From assembly GCA_965199495.1 (NCBI GenBank), contig CBDASK010000003.1:128001-192000 (forward strand): a stretch of 64,000 nucleotides of DNA, given 5' to 3'. The stretch is from Abditibacterium sp. (GTDB lineage Bacteria > Armatimonadota > Abditibacteriia > Abditibacteriales > Abditibacteriaceae). A program made the position numbers and the translations under genes. The notes below the pieces were generated by a model. That model was not told the DNA's origin. It ran no database searches and worked only from the letters and a program-made list of their open reading frames with translations. Shown piece after piece: positions 1 through 8,940 of this stretch; the first letter of the stretch is position 1, and every line of letters begins with the position of its first letter.

Positions 1-20
1 GCTGACCGACCGAGCCTCAT
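1..20 (-). CDS. Start of a gene running off the window edge (partial)
   Basis: Minus-strand GGAG 4 nt upstream of an ATG (cat at 18-20), downstream of the RseB-like gene; only 6 codons visible. Confidence 0.3.
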
Positions 21-95
21 TTTACTCCGACACGTTGCCCCAGACAACAAAAAAGCCCCGCACAAACCGCGCGAGACTTCTTGATTTTCCAATTT

Positions 96-998
96 TCACT
101 TCAAACTCGAAGCCAGACTTTTGGCCGTGCCCGCCGAAACGCCGCTCGCCAGATAGCGGATGCCGCCGGTTTTCCAGAAGTAGCCGCCATCCACTTTGGT
201 CGGCGCAATCGTTCCGGTTTCGGCTTTTTGCTCGAATAATGAAAACCGGTTTTTGCCGTTGGAATAGCGCAACCACACTTCGTTGGGAGCAGCCACGGCG
301 CTTTCGAGGGCGTAACCGGCGGGCACCTGCGCGGGCGCTTTGAGCCAATTCACGCTGGCGCGCGCGCTGGCAATATCCACGAACAGTTTGCCGTTCGAGC
401 GCGTGACTTTGGCTTTCGCGGGCGTTACAAAGCTAAATCTGCTCGCGGGTTGCGCGCCGAATTTCACGTCTTGTAACGCGTAAATCGAACCACCGTTTTG
501 GAAGCGCAACAAGTTTTTGCGCGTGCCATCAAGAGTCAGCTTTTGCGCACCGCGCGACAAAACGAAATTGCCGCCGCTTTTGCTCGCGTTCCAACCGTTG
601 CCCAGATTGGAGAGCGCGGGCGTGGATTGCGTCTGCGTCACGTTGTTTTCCGCGCGGTGATACAAGTATAAATTCGTGCCGTTATCCACCAAAACATCGC
701 CTTTTTTGAAGGCGGGCGCTGTCCATTCCCAGCGGCGTTTGGCGCCGTCGCGCCAGACGCGCGCGGTTTCGCGTTGGCCGTTGCGCACGATGGTGAGCGT
801 GCCGCTATATTGCGTTTTCGCTTCAGCGGCGCGCATTTGCGCGATTAAAGTCGCGGCGTTCTGCGCGTGCGCGGACGGCGTGGTTGTCAGGGCCGTCAGA
901 GTGAAGGCGCCCAACAAAAAAGCGGAGATTGCCAACGGTTTGACCGCCGGAATCTCCGCTTTCGGGTTGCGACGCGCGTGGAATTTAAGGAATCGCAT
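96..998 (-). CDS. MucB/RseB-like periplasmic regulator of the ECF sigma system (LolA-like fold)
   Basis: Signal peptide ending SAHA-Q; 'QYSGTLTIVR...RREWTAP...GDVLVDNG' N-domain; 'WLKAPAQVPAGY...LRYSNGKNRFSLFE' C-domain; follows the anti-sigma gene; ATG at 998 overlaps the upstream stop (ORF track over-extends to 1478). Confidence 0.7.
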   Translation of the reverse strand: MRFLKFHARRNPKAEIPAVKPLAISAFLLGAFTLTALTTTPSAHAQNAATLIAQMRAAEAKTQYSGTLTIVRNGQRETARVWRDGAKRRWEWTAPAFKKGDVLVDNGTNLYLYHRAENNVTQTQSTPALSNLGNGWNASKSGGNFVLSRGAQKLTLDGTRKNLLRFQNGGSIYALQDVKFGAQPASRFSFVTPAKAKVTRSNGKLFVDIASARASVNWLKAPAQVPAGYALESAVAAPNEVWLRYSNGKNRFSLFEQKAETGTIAPTKVDGGYFWKTGGIRYLASGVSAGTAKSLASSLK

Positions 999-1530
999 CT
1001 TCGGTATTGTCCTCGTCGGCGCCGTTGTCGCGCACGTTGGTGTCGCCGGGCGTGGCCTGACTGGTGACGTAGGCTTCGTGCTTTTGCACCGACTGCTGAA
1101 TAAACGCTTGGTCGGCGCTGGTGATGTCGGTGGCAACCGCCGGGTTGGTCGCGCTTTGCGGCGCGAACAGCATCGCGCCCATCGCAATCGCCAGAGCAAT
1201 CGCGGCAAAAGCCGCGCCCATGCCCCATTTGGCGCGCGGCGCACTAATCGCAATCGGCGCGGGGCTGGCGCTTTTGAGCAAGCTGCTCCACCACGAACGT
1301 TTGGGCGCTGGGCCGAGGTTATCGCGCAGGTTGGGCCAAAAATTCTCGCTGACGCGCAGTTCATCGGTCGCGTGCCAATCTTTGGTGGCACCGATGGCGA
1401 ACTGCAATTCGCGCACGGTCGCGGCGTCTTCGGCGTTGTCCCGCAGGTGCGCTTCGACATCGGAACGCTCGGCGACACTCAAAGTGCCATCGAGGTAATC
1501 CATGATCTGTTCGTTAGAAAGTCTTTTCAT
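985..1530 (-). CDS. Transmembrane anti-sigma factor (RseA/RsiW-like)
   Basis: 'IMDYLDGTLSVAERSDVEAHL' anti-sigma domain, one TM helix, 'VQKHEAY' C-terminal motif; AGGAGG RBS; downstream of the ECF sigma. Confidence 0.8.
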   Translation of the reverse strand: MKRLSNEQIMDYLDGTLSVAERSDVEAHLRDNAEDAATVRELQFAIGATKDWHATDELRVSENFWPNLRDNLGPAPKRSWWSSLLKSASPAPIAISAPRAKWGMGAAFAAIALAIAMGAMLFAPQSATNPAVATDITSADQAFIQQSVQKHEAYVTSQATPGDTNVRDNGADEDNTEDAIP

Positions 1531-1586
1531 CGTGGTGGCCTCCTTCTCATCGGAACGAGGAGTAATTTCGCTGGTGTTTTAAGTCG

Positions 1587-1613
1587 GACGCCGAGAATTG
1601 TGGAAAAGTTTTA
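1587..1613 (-). promoter_or_regulatory. Candidate ECF-sigma promoter for the anti-sigma gene
   Basis: Minus strand reads TAAAAC-N17-CGTC, matching the AAC...CGT ECF promoter pattern. Confidence 0.35.
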
Positions 1614-1650
1614 ATTTATTTGCGCAAGATTTTAATTGTTGCAATTGCAC

Positions 1651-1791
1651 TCGCCTTGTCATGGGTGCGCAGAGAGGAACGAACGTAGTCGAAGAATCCA
1701 CCGGTTGATTGGAGACTTCGCTTTGGTCTCGTCCAGAGTTGTGGATTCTTCGACTATGTTCGTTCCTCTCTGCGCACCCATGACAAGGCGA
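1651..1791. repeat. Long palindromic element, family A copy 1
   Basis: ~50-bp inverted arms tcgccttgtcatgggtgcgcagagaggaacgaacgtagtcgaagaatccac / complement; related to 20901 and 30277 copies. Confidence 0.9.
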
Positions 1792-1809
1792 ACACGAAAA
1801 CGATCAAAC

Positions 1810-2508
1810 TCACTTCGCGCCCATCATGTAAGGCCGCAATCGCCTCGCCAAATCGGCGCGCGCGTGGAACAAGCGGCTTTTGACGGTTCCCAGCGGCACG
1901 TCCAAAACGCGGGCGATGTCTTCGTAAGGCATGCCCTGCAAGTCACACATGATCAAAACGCTGCGCATCTTTTCGGGCATCTCCATCACGGTTTCGCGCA
2001 CCATCTGGCGCATCTCGTCGCGCTCGACGCCTTTACTTGGCTCATAGCGCAAATCGGGCAGTTCGCGCCCGCCGCCCTCTTCGTCTTTGTCGAACGGTTC
2101 GTCCAGAGAATACGCCTGTTGCGGGCGCCGCTTTTTAGTGCGCGCGCGGTCAATGCACAGGTTGGTCGCGATTTTATAGAGCCAAGTCGAGAAGCTGGCC
2201 TGACCGCGAAACGAATCCAATGAGCGATAGGCTTTGATAAACGCTTCCTGCGTGATGTCTTCGGCCTCGTCGCGGTCGCCATTGGTCATGCGGGCGACGT
2301 AGCCCAGAATCTTGTTTTGGTAGCGGGTGACGAGTTTTTCAAACGCGACGATTTCCCCGTCGAGAGCTTTCTCGACGAGATACGAATCGTTTTCCAACTC
2401 TTCGCCCGAACTCCACGCGTTGGGTAAAGCCATTGATGCAATTGTCATGGTTGAACTCGCTTTCGGTTTACGTCTCCCTTTGGACGCAACCACAATTGCC
2501 GAGTTCAA
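1810..2508 (-). CDS. ECF RNA polymerase sigma factor (RpoE/SigW-like)
   Basis: Region 2 'AEDITQEAFIKAY...SFSTWLYKIATN'; region 4 'YEDIARVLDVPLGTVKSRLFHAR'. Confidence 0.95.
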   Translation of the reverse strand: MNSAIVVASKGRRKPKASSTMTIASMALPNAWSSGEELENDSYLVEKALDGEIVAFEKLVTRYQNKILGYVARMTNGDRDEAEDITQEAFIKAYRSLDSFRGQASFSTWLYKIATNLCIDRARTKKRRPQQAYSLDEPFDKDEEGGGRELPDLRYEPSKGVERDEMRQMVRETVMEMPEKMRSVLIMCDLQGMPYEDIARVLDVPLGTVKSRLFHARADLARRLRPYMMGAK

Positions 2509-2705
2509 AACGACTTATAAGATTATCTCAGATAACGCGGGTCGAGTGCCGCATTTCGATTGACATTTTAATTTTCGAGAAAGTAAAAAGCCGGTATGCC
2601 ACGAATTTGCCGTGGGATATTATTGGCCTTGGCAAGCATTGTATTAGAGCCGAGGCCAAACGCAAGAAGAAATTTTGTATGCAAGCAGTCAAACGGCTCT
2701 AAATT

Positions 2706-3251
2706 TCACTCGACTTTTGAGTCTGCTCTCGCATAATATTCACCAGCTCCAGTATCGCCTATCATAATTACTTGATCTTTATAAATTGTGGCGTTAAATC
2801 CATGTTCTGGATCCCAAGCGGCATTGAAATTAAAAAGTATGTAGGAAAATTCTCTTTTGGTGGTTCCAAGCAAATATACACTTGCCAAACCAATTAGCAT
2901 TTTGAACTGTTCGGAATTGTCAATGTAAGGCATAGCCTCATCTTCGTCTTGATAACCTTCCAATCCATAGTCATAGGCTCGTCGGCGTTCTGGATACTCT
3001 TTGAGTATCGCTTGAATGATGTTATTAAAGAGCAAGTCTTCATTACTGACGAGATATTGATAAGCATTAATCTGTTCCGATGAGGGTGACGATGCTTGGT
3101 TAGCTGGAATAGCGAGTTCTAATGGAACTATACCATCGGAAACTTTTTGCATCCTATCAAAATTCCAAAAATCTGGGTCAGCGCGGAAGCCTTCCCAAGT
3201 CTTCAAATGTATAAGATTAGGAAGAAAGACATCGTTCAAAGATAAATTCAT
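2706..3251 (-). CDS. Hypothetical protein, AT-rich, WDxEHG motif (possible immunity-type protein)
   Basis: 181-aa ORF, visibly AT-richer than flanks; 'FNAAWDPEHG' motif. Confidence 0.65.
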   Translation of the reverse strand: MNLSLNDVFLPNLIHLKTWEGFRADPDFWNFDRMQKVSDGIVPLELAIPANQASSPSSEQINAYQYLVSNEDLLFNNIIQAILKEYPERRRAYDYGLEGYQDEDEAMPYIDNSEQFKMLIGLASVYLLGTTKREFSYILFNFNAAWDPEHGFNATIYKDQVIMIGDTGAGEYYARADSKVE

Positions 3252-3354
3252 ATCCAGAGAATTTTATAGCAACTCAATTCGATTAACACCCCACGCTTTT
3301 ATATTTTTCGTCCACTCCCTCAAACTCTACCTTTCAGGTAGACTATCGCACGCG

Positions 3355-3807
3355 ATGCCGCTCCCCGAATCGCCGCCGCGCGGAATTCTGCCCTGCCCGC
3401 CGCCGCTTGAATATCCGCCAGACATGGCGGAGTTCTGGCGACTCTGGCAAAACGAACAGTTTTGGGCGTGTCACGAAGCTCTGGAAGAAATCTGGCTCGA
3501 AGCCGCAGAACCACGCAAGCGATTCCTTAACGGACTGATTCACGGCGCGGCGGCGACGTTTCAAGTCAGACGCAGCCACGTCGTCGGGGCGGCGCGGCAA
3601 TTGGTTCGGGCGCGCGTCAAATTGGAGCCGTTTTGTCCGGTTTATGAACAACTGGATGTCGCACAATTTCTCGACGGCGTGGCTGGAGAAGTCACGCCTT
3701 TGATACTTCAATTAACAATTCAACAGCGTCAAAACTTGCGAGTTTTGGAAACTCGCTTGCGCTCGGAACTTCCTTTAACCCTCGACTTACCCACATCATG
3801 TCCGTAG
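3355..3807 (+). CDS. DUF309 family protein
   Basis: 'FWACHEALEEIW...FLNGLIHGAAA' signature; overlaps the reductase start. Confidence 0.85.
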   Translation: MPLPESPPRGILPCPPPLEYPPDMAEFWRLWQNEQFWACHEALEEIWLEAAEPRKRFLNGLIHGAAATFQVRRSHVVGAARQLVRARVKLEPFCPVYEQLDVAQFLDGVAGEVTPLILQLTIQQRQNLRVLETRLRSELPLTLDLPTSCP

Positions 3808-5465
3808 ATACTTTAGATCGCGCCTCGCTGCGCACTGCCAAGCTCAAACTCACCGAAGATGGCCGACCGGCCACGCTCGCCGAAGTCGGCGACGGTCGCG
3901 CCGAATTCTCGCGCAACGAACGCCTCAAACTCGAAAAGGCCGCGCCGCTCGTCTGGCAGGATGTCGTCGAGAAATACTCGAAGACTGGCTTCGATTCCAT
4001 TGACGAAGACGACATGGAGCGCTTCAAATGGTTGGGCGTTTACCAGCAGAAACCCAAAGACGGCCATTTTATGATGCGCCTCAAAATCGTCGGCGGACTG
4101 GTTTCCAACCAGCAGTTGCGCGTGATTTCTAAAGTCGCACGCGACTTCGCCGATGGCATCGCCGACATTACCACGCGCCAGACATATCAGATTCACTGGC
4201 TCACCATCGAGAATATTCCCAATGTCATGGACGCGTTGCAGCCGATTGGTCTGGGCGTCAAAAACGGGTTGTTCGGCGCGTGCGGCGATATTTGTCGCAA
4301 CATTCTCACCTCGCCGCTCATCAACATTGACCCGCAGCAGATTATCGATCCGACGCCGTTTTTCGAGGAAGCGCAAGCGTATTTCTCTTCGACGCCTGAA
4401 TATGCCGATCTGCCGCGCAAGTTTAAAGTCGCCATCGTCGGACATCGCGGCGGCGGGCAATGCGAAATTAACGATCTGTCGTTTTACGGCGTTAAGCGCG
4501 CCGACGGTCAAGTCGGTTATGGCGTGATGGTCGGCGGTGGCTTGTCAACCGAGCCGCATCTGGCGCAGGATTTGGGCGTTTTTGTGGCGCCCGAACAGGC
4601 GATGGATGTGATTAAAGCGATGGTTTCGGTTTACCGCGATCATGGTTATCGCAAGAGCCGTAAGCACGCGCGCGTCAAATATTTGGTCGCCGATTGGGGC
4701 GCGCAGAAATACCGTGAGGAAGCCGAAAAATACACCGGTTTTCGTATGACCGACGCCGAAAGCGCGCCGCCCGTTGTTAAAGGTTACGAAGATCATTACG
4801 GCATTCACCCGCAGATTCAAGAAGGTTTGAGCTATGTCGGCGTGCCCGTGGCTGGTGGCCGCGTCAACTCCGATCAGTGGGACGCCATCGCCGATATTGC
4901 CGAGCAATACGGTTCGGGCGACATTCGCCTGACCATTATGCAATCGTTCTACATTCCCAACGTGAAGAACGAAGACGCGCAAACTGTCGTCGAGAAAGTC
5001 GAAGCTATCGGTTTGCCGATTAATGTCTCGCCGATTCGTTCGGGCATGGTTTCCTGCACCGGCATTCAATATTGCAACTTGGCGGTGACCGAAACCAAAA
5101 ACCGCGCCATCGAAACGGTGAAATGGTTGGACGAGAACACCAAGTTCGACGCCGCCGAACATCTGCGCGTCAACTTCAACGGTTGCCCGAACTCGTGCGG
5201 CCAGCACTGGATCGCCGACATCGGTTTGCAGGGTTGCCAGAAGAAAGTGGACGGCGTTTTGAAAGAACACTTCGACGTGTTTTTAGGCGGCAAACTGGGC
5301 ACCGATGCGCGTTTCAATCGCCGCATCAAACGCATTGACGCCGACGACGTTCCAGCGACAATCAAGAAATTGACCGAGACTTATCAAGAGCGCCGCGCCG
5401 AAGGCGAAGCGTTCGCCGAGTGGGTCGAAAAGCAGACCGACGAAGAGTTGGAATTGCTGTTTTAA
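3798..5465 (+). CDS. Ferredoxin-dependent sulfite/nitrite reductase (siroheme, 4Fe-4S)
   Basis: 'TTRQ', 'LPRKFK', 'CTGIQYC' and 'GCPNSCG' motifs. Confidence 0.93.
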   Translation: MSVDTLDRASLRTAKLKLTEDGRPATLAEVGDGRAEFSRNERLKLEKAAPLVWQDVVEKYSKTGFDSIDEDDMERFKWLGVYQQKPKDGHFMMRLKIVGGLVSNQQLRVISKVARDFADGIADITTRQTYQIHWLTIENIPNVMDALQPIGLGVKNGLFGACGDICRNILTSPLINIDPQQIIDPTPFFEEAQAYFSSTPEYADLPRKFKVAIVGHRGGGQCEINDLSFYGVKRADGQVGYGVMVGGGLSTEPHLAQDLGVFVAPEQAMDVIKAMVSVYRDHGYRKSRKHARVKYLVADWGAQKYREEAEKYTGFRMTDAESAPPVVKGYEDHYGIHPQIQEGLSYVGVPVAGGRVNSDQWDAIADIAEQYGSGDIRLTIMQSFYIPNVKNEDAQTVVEKVEAIGLPINVSPIRSGMVSCTGIQYCNLAVTETKNRAIETVKWLDENTKFDAAEHLRVNFNGCPNSCGQHWIADIGLQGCQKKVDGVLKEHFDVFLGGKLGTDARFNRRIKRIDADDVPATIKKLTETYQERRAEGEAFAEWVEKQTDEELELLF

Positions 5466-5481
5466 TCGTTGGAGATTGGGG

Positions 5482-5512
5482 AAAGGCGCGGCTCATGCGA
5501 GTCGCGCCTTTT
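5482..5512 (+). terminator. Intrinsic terminator
   Basis: aaaggcgcggctc-atgc-gagtcgcgcctttt hairpin after the reductase. Confidence 0.75.
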
Positions 5513-5593
5513 ATTTTCTTGCATCCACACTCTTCATTTGATAATATGTATTTCAGAATAATCGTTATCTCGCAGTCAAGCGGCGAAAATCAC

Positions 5594-6400
5594 ATGAAGA
5601 CTCAATTTGAATATGGCGTTACAACAGTAGGCGCGATCTTTTTAGCTCTCGGACTTTTTGGATGCGGCGTTAGAAATCAATCGCCAAATTTGTCTTCCGC
5701 TACGCCGGTGACAGCCAAAACGCCAAAGCCAATGGCGGCTCCAGTGGTAATCAAGCATCAAGCCGCTATTGATGTTGTCGAGTCTAAATCTATCCCGAAA
5801 GCGGTGCGCTCAAGAATGCCAAAAAACGGCAAAAGTGAGTTTTATGGGACGTTCAGCCTTCATCCCAAAGGCGACCACTACGCGCTCCATTTTTATTCGT
5901 TAGGCGCAAAAAAGCCTAACTTCTCATTGGACTTTTTCAGATTCAAGAGCGCATTGCCATCTGCGCGACTTCATTTTCTGAACAAACTCAATTTCAAAGG
6001 TAAAGATACCAATTATAATCTTGATCCTACTCCTACATTGACGGAATTTGAGGGCGTTAAAGCACAAATTTTCTGGGTCAATCCGAAAACCAAGGTTACG
6101 CCTGTTTTAAGGCTCAACTGTTTCGTAGATGGTTTTTATGGAACTATTACAAATAATTATCTTATGGCGTTTTCATCGGACTTTTCTGGAAAAACCATCG
6201 TGCAACAGTTTGGTGATTCTTGGGATCATAATGTGGCGAACAAGTCTTCTTATAATGAGTTGGATAGTCGTGGCCTGATGATGGTAAATCTCACGACCAA
6301 TTTCAACGGTGGCCTGTCTCAATATCGAAAGCTGAAATGGAACGGCAAGATGTTCAAGCAGAAGATTTCACGCACGGCGCCAAGCGGCACCTCCCATTGA
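5594..6400 (+). CDS. Hypothetical lipoprotein
   Basis: Lipobox LFG-C after a hydrophobic stretch; AT-richer sequence; ATG at 5594. Confidence 0.65.
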   Translation: MKTQFEYGVTTVGAIFLALGLFGCGVRNQSPNLSSATPVTAKTPKPMAAPVVIKHQAAIDVVESKSIPKAVRSRMPKNGKSEFYGTFSLHPKGDHYALHFYSLGAKKPNFSLDFFRFKSALPSARLHFLNKLNFKGKDTNYNLDPTPTLTEFEGVKAQIFWVNPKTKVTPVLRLNCFVDGFYGTITNNYLMAFSSDFSGKTIVQQFGDSWDHNVANKSSYNELDSRGLMMVNLTTNFNGGLSQYRKLKWNGKMFKQKISRTAPSGTSH

Positions 6401-6521
6401 ATCGGCAACGCTCAAATCTTTGTCCGATTCGCCTCTTGCAACAAGCCACGCCCGCCCGCGTTAATCGGATAACGCGCGTGTTATTTCGGATTGGCTTGCG
6501 AAAGACGCGTGAGTTCCAAAG

Positions 6522-6554
6522 AAAAAGGCATCCACAATTTGTGGATGCCTTTTT
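6522..6554. terminator. Bidirectional intrinsic terminator
   Basis: aaaaaggcatccaca-att-tgtggatgccttttt between convergent genes. Confidence 0.8.
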
Positions 6555-6567
6555 GTTTGTCCAAATT

Positions 6568-6852
6568 TTATTTTCCGGCTTGATACTCTTCTTCGGGCGT
6601 TTGATCGGGTTCGGGCACATCGGTCGGAACAGCGCTGGCGACTTCACGCGGAGTCTGGTCGGCGTTTTTCACGCCATCCCAAAACTCGTCTTGGGAGACA
6701 ATATGCGCGCCTTCCGGGCCGCCTTCGGTGAACTGGATTTCGTCCGATTTATCGAAACTGGTGGTTAAACCGGCTTCGTCGGCGGAGAATTTGGCGTTGT
6801 CTAAATCGTCTTTTTCGACGACTTCGGGGATTTCATTTTGATTTTGGTTCAT
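6568..6852 (-). CDS. Small acidic hypothetical protein
   Basis: 94-aa D/E-rich ORF with GGAG RBS and a downstream terminator. Confidence 0.7.
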   Translation of the reverse strand: MNQNQNEIPEVVEKDDLDNAKFSADEAGLTTSFDKSDEIQFTEGGPEGAHIVSQDEFWDGVKNADQTPREVASAVPTDVPEPDQTPEEEYQAGK

Positions 6853-6897
6853 TAGGTTGCTCCGCGATGAAACGAAGCAAATCGTGAACCTCAGAAC

Positions 6898-7269
6898 CTA
6901 ATCAGCCACCGGCTCGCGCGACAATTGATCGCCGATTTGGACGCCGCAACGATTGATGGTGCCCGCCGCGACTTCGAGGGCGGCGAACGGTTTGCCCGCG
7001 CCATCTTTGGCGACGTGCATTTTGCCGGGGCCGATGTCGGCGACCAAATCGGTCACAATGTCGTCTTTGGTCAGGAAAATCACGTCAATGGCGAACTTCA
7101 TTCCGAACATGTGAATCGAGTTGCCCGGCGTCAGCAAAATGCCTTCGCTTTCGTCCAGACCTTTGCGGCCCAACAAACCTTTGCCGCGCGTCCACAGATT
7201 ATCGGCCAACTGGCAACGCGGGCAAACGACGTTATCACGCGCGGAATTGAGAATGCGGAGCAGTTTCAT
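6898..7269 (-). CDS. DUF192 family protein
   Basis: 'RGKGLLGR...SIHMFGMKFAIDVIFL...ALEVAAG' signature. Confidence 0.9.
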   Translation of the reverse strand: MKLLRILNSARDNVVCPRCQLADNLWTRGKGLLGRKGLDESEGILLTPGNSIHMFGMKFAIDVIFLTKDDIVTDLVADIGPGKMHVAKDGAGKPFAALEVAAGTINRCGVQIGDQLSREPVAD

Positions 7270-7300
7270 AAGTCGGGACGTAGTGGCATCAAATTAACCA

Positions 7301-7480
7301 CCGGGATAGGCGGACAAAATATTAACCACAAAAACACAGAAATCACAAAGGGCACAAAAAGGACAGAAGGTTTTGAAGAACACTTTTCTATAAAGCAAGT
7401 TCGACTGACTATATCTGAATTTTTTGTGCCCTTTGTGATTTCTGTGTTTTTGTGGTTAATATTTTGTCCGCCTATCCCGG
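7301..7480. repeat. Long palindromic element, family D copy 1 (CACA(G/A)A-rich arms)
   Basis: 60-bp inverted arms ccgggataggcggacaaaatattaaccacaaaaacacagaaatcacaaagggcacaaaaa / complement. Confidence 0.9.
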
Positions 7481-8767
7481 CACAACTACAGTCGCCATCG
7501 CGCCCGTCGCGGTAATAGTCACGTCAACTGGCGTGGCTTCGGGCGGGATTTGGCCGGGTTCTTTGATTTGTGGCGAGGCGAAAATGCGGTAATGGCCCGC
7601 TTTGACGGGAAATAGCGCGACGCGGCCCTGGTCATCGGGCAACGCGCGGCGACCGCCGGGGCCAGAGGGGAAAAACGGCAGATCGTCGGCATCGTCGGGA
7701 TTGGGCGGCGGGTCGCCACCCAACTGCCCGTTAGCAGCCACCGGCAACACGCGCAGCGAAACTTCGCCTTTGGTGTAGGGCTGGCCATCGGGCGAACGCA
7801 GTTGCAGATTGAGCGTGCGCGCGCGGCGCGAAGGCGCTTCGACTTTGAGTTCGACCGGCGCGTTCGGCGCGATTGTTATCGGTTGCGAATCGGCGAAATC
7901 GTAGCCCGGCAGCGATAGGCGCGGAATGTAAACGCCGGGTGGCAGACCGTCGAGGGCAATCGTGCCGTCGCCATCGCGCGAGACCAGCAGGCCACGATTG
8001 TTGCTGGCGGCCAGCAGGGCGAAATCTTCGGTGACATCGCGCATCTTTTGCGCCTCGCTCGCGCCAGCGACAGACGACGGCATCAGCGACAAACTGGCGC
8101 CGCCCAATGCGCGGCCCAGACTATCATTCACGGTCATTTTGAGCGCGCCGCCCGCTTGCAACGCGACATCGCGCGGCGCCGTGGCTGGTTCGACGACAGC
8201 GAAATTTTCAATTTGCGCGAAACCCATTGGTGCGCGCAGATAAACCGAGTAATTGCCGGGCTTAATGCCCGGCACCAAAACTTCGCCTTTATCGTTAGAG
8301 CGCGCGTTAATCATCATTTGGCCATCGATGTCGGCGGGCCGCAGACGCACAAAAACCGGCGCATTGACCACGGGCGAGCCGTCGGGCGCGCGCAGGTTGA
8401 GCGTGAAATCTATCAAGCGATCCAGCGTGACGCGTAGTATCGCGTTGCCCGCGCGCCATTTGCTGATCTCAAAATAGGGCAACGTCGCGTAACCGGGCGC
8501 CTCGACGGTCATTCCATAATCGCCCTCTTCGGCGTCGGGAAAGCGGAAGTTGCCCGCCGCATCCGATTGCGCGGTCGCCCCCCAGAACGCGACGTTTGAG
8601 CGTGATTCAGAGCGTCGCAGAGAAAGCAACGCCCCCGCAATCGGGTCGCCCTTGACGGTCGAAACCACGCCAATAATTGGCGCGCGGTCGGGCAACGGCT
8701 GACAAAACGCGGGACGGGCCAAAACGATAAATAGGACGAAGGTTGAGACGCGAAAAATGGGTTTCAT
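7472..8767 (-). CDS. Secreted protein with carboxypeptidase-regulatory/Cna-B-like repeats
   Basis: Signal peptide; repeated 'G.PI.GA...SD..G.F...GDY.MTVEAPGY' units. Confidence 0.75.
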   Translation of the reverse strand: MKPIFRVSTFVLFIVLARPAFCQPLPDRAPIIGVVSTVKGDPIAGALLSLRRSESRSNVAFWGATAQSDAAGNFRFPDAEEGDYGMTVEAPGYATLPYFEISKWRAGNAILRVTLDRLIDFTLNLRAPDGSPVVNAPVFVRLRPADIDGQMMINARSNDKGEVLVPGIKPGNYSVYLRAPMGFAQIENFAVVEPATAPRDVALQAGGALKMTVNDSLGRALGGASLSLMPSSVAGASEAQKMRDVTEDFALLAASNNRGLLVSRDGDGTIALDGLPPGVYIPRLSLPGYDFADSQPITIAPNAPVELKVEAPSRRARTLNLQLRSPDGQPYTKGEVSLRVLPVAANGQLGGDPPPNPDDADDLPFFPSGPGGRRALPDDQGRVALFPVKAGHYRIFASPQIKEPGQIPPEATPVDVTITATGAMATVVVPG

Positions 8768-8940
8768 ATTATCTATGCCGAACGGGAAGTTTCGATTCGC
8801 TAACGCTTCTCAAAAAACCTCGCGACAGTTCTGCGCCAATCATAGACAACTGCGGCGCGCGCCGGTTGTCTATGCAACACTGCTTGACACGTTTCGCCGC
8901 CGCTCCCCCGCGCCCGACGAATCAGAGTTCCCCGGTTTTG

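Noticed and set aside
999..1478. N-terminal extension of the 460-aa ORF (96..1478)
   Set aside because: It overlaps the anti-sigma gene in another frame. The signal peptide indicates a start near 998.
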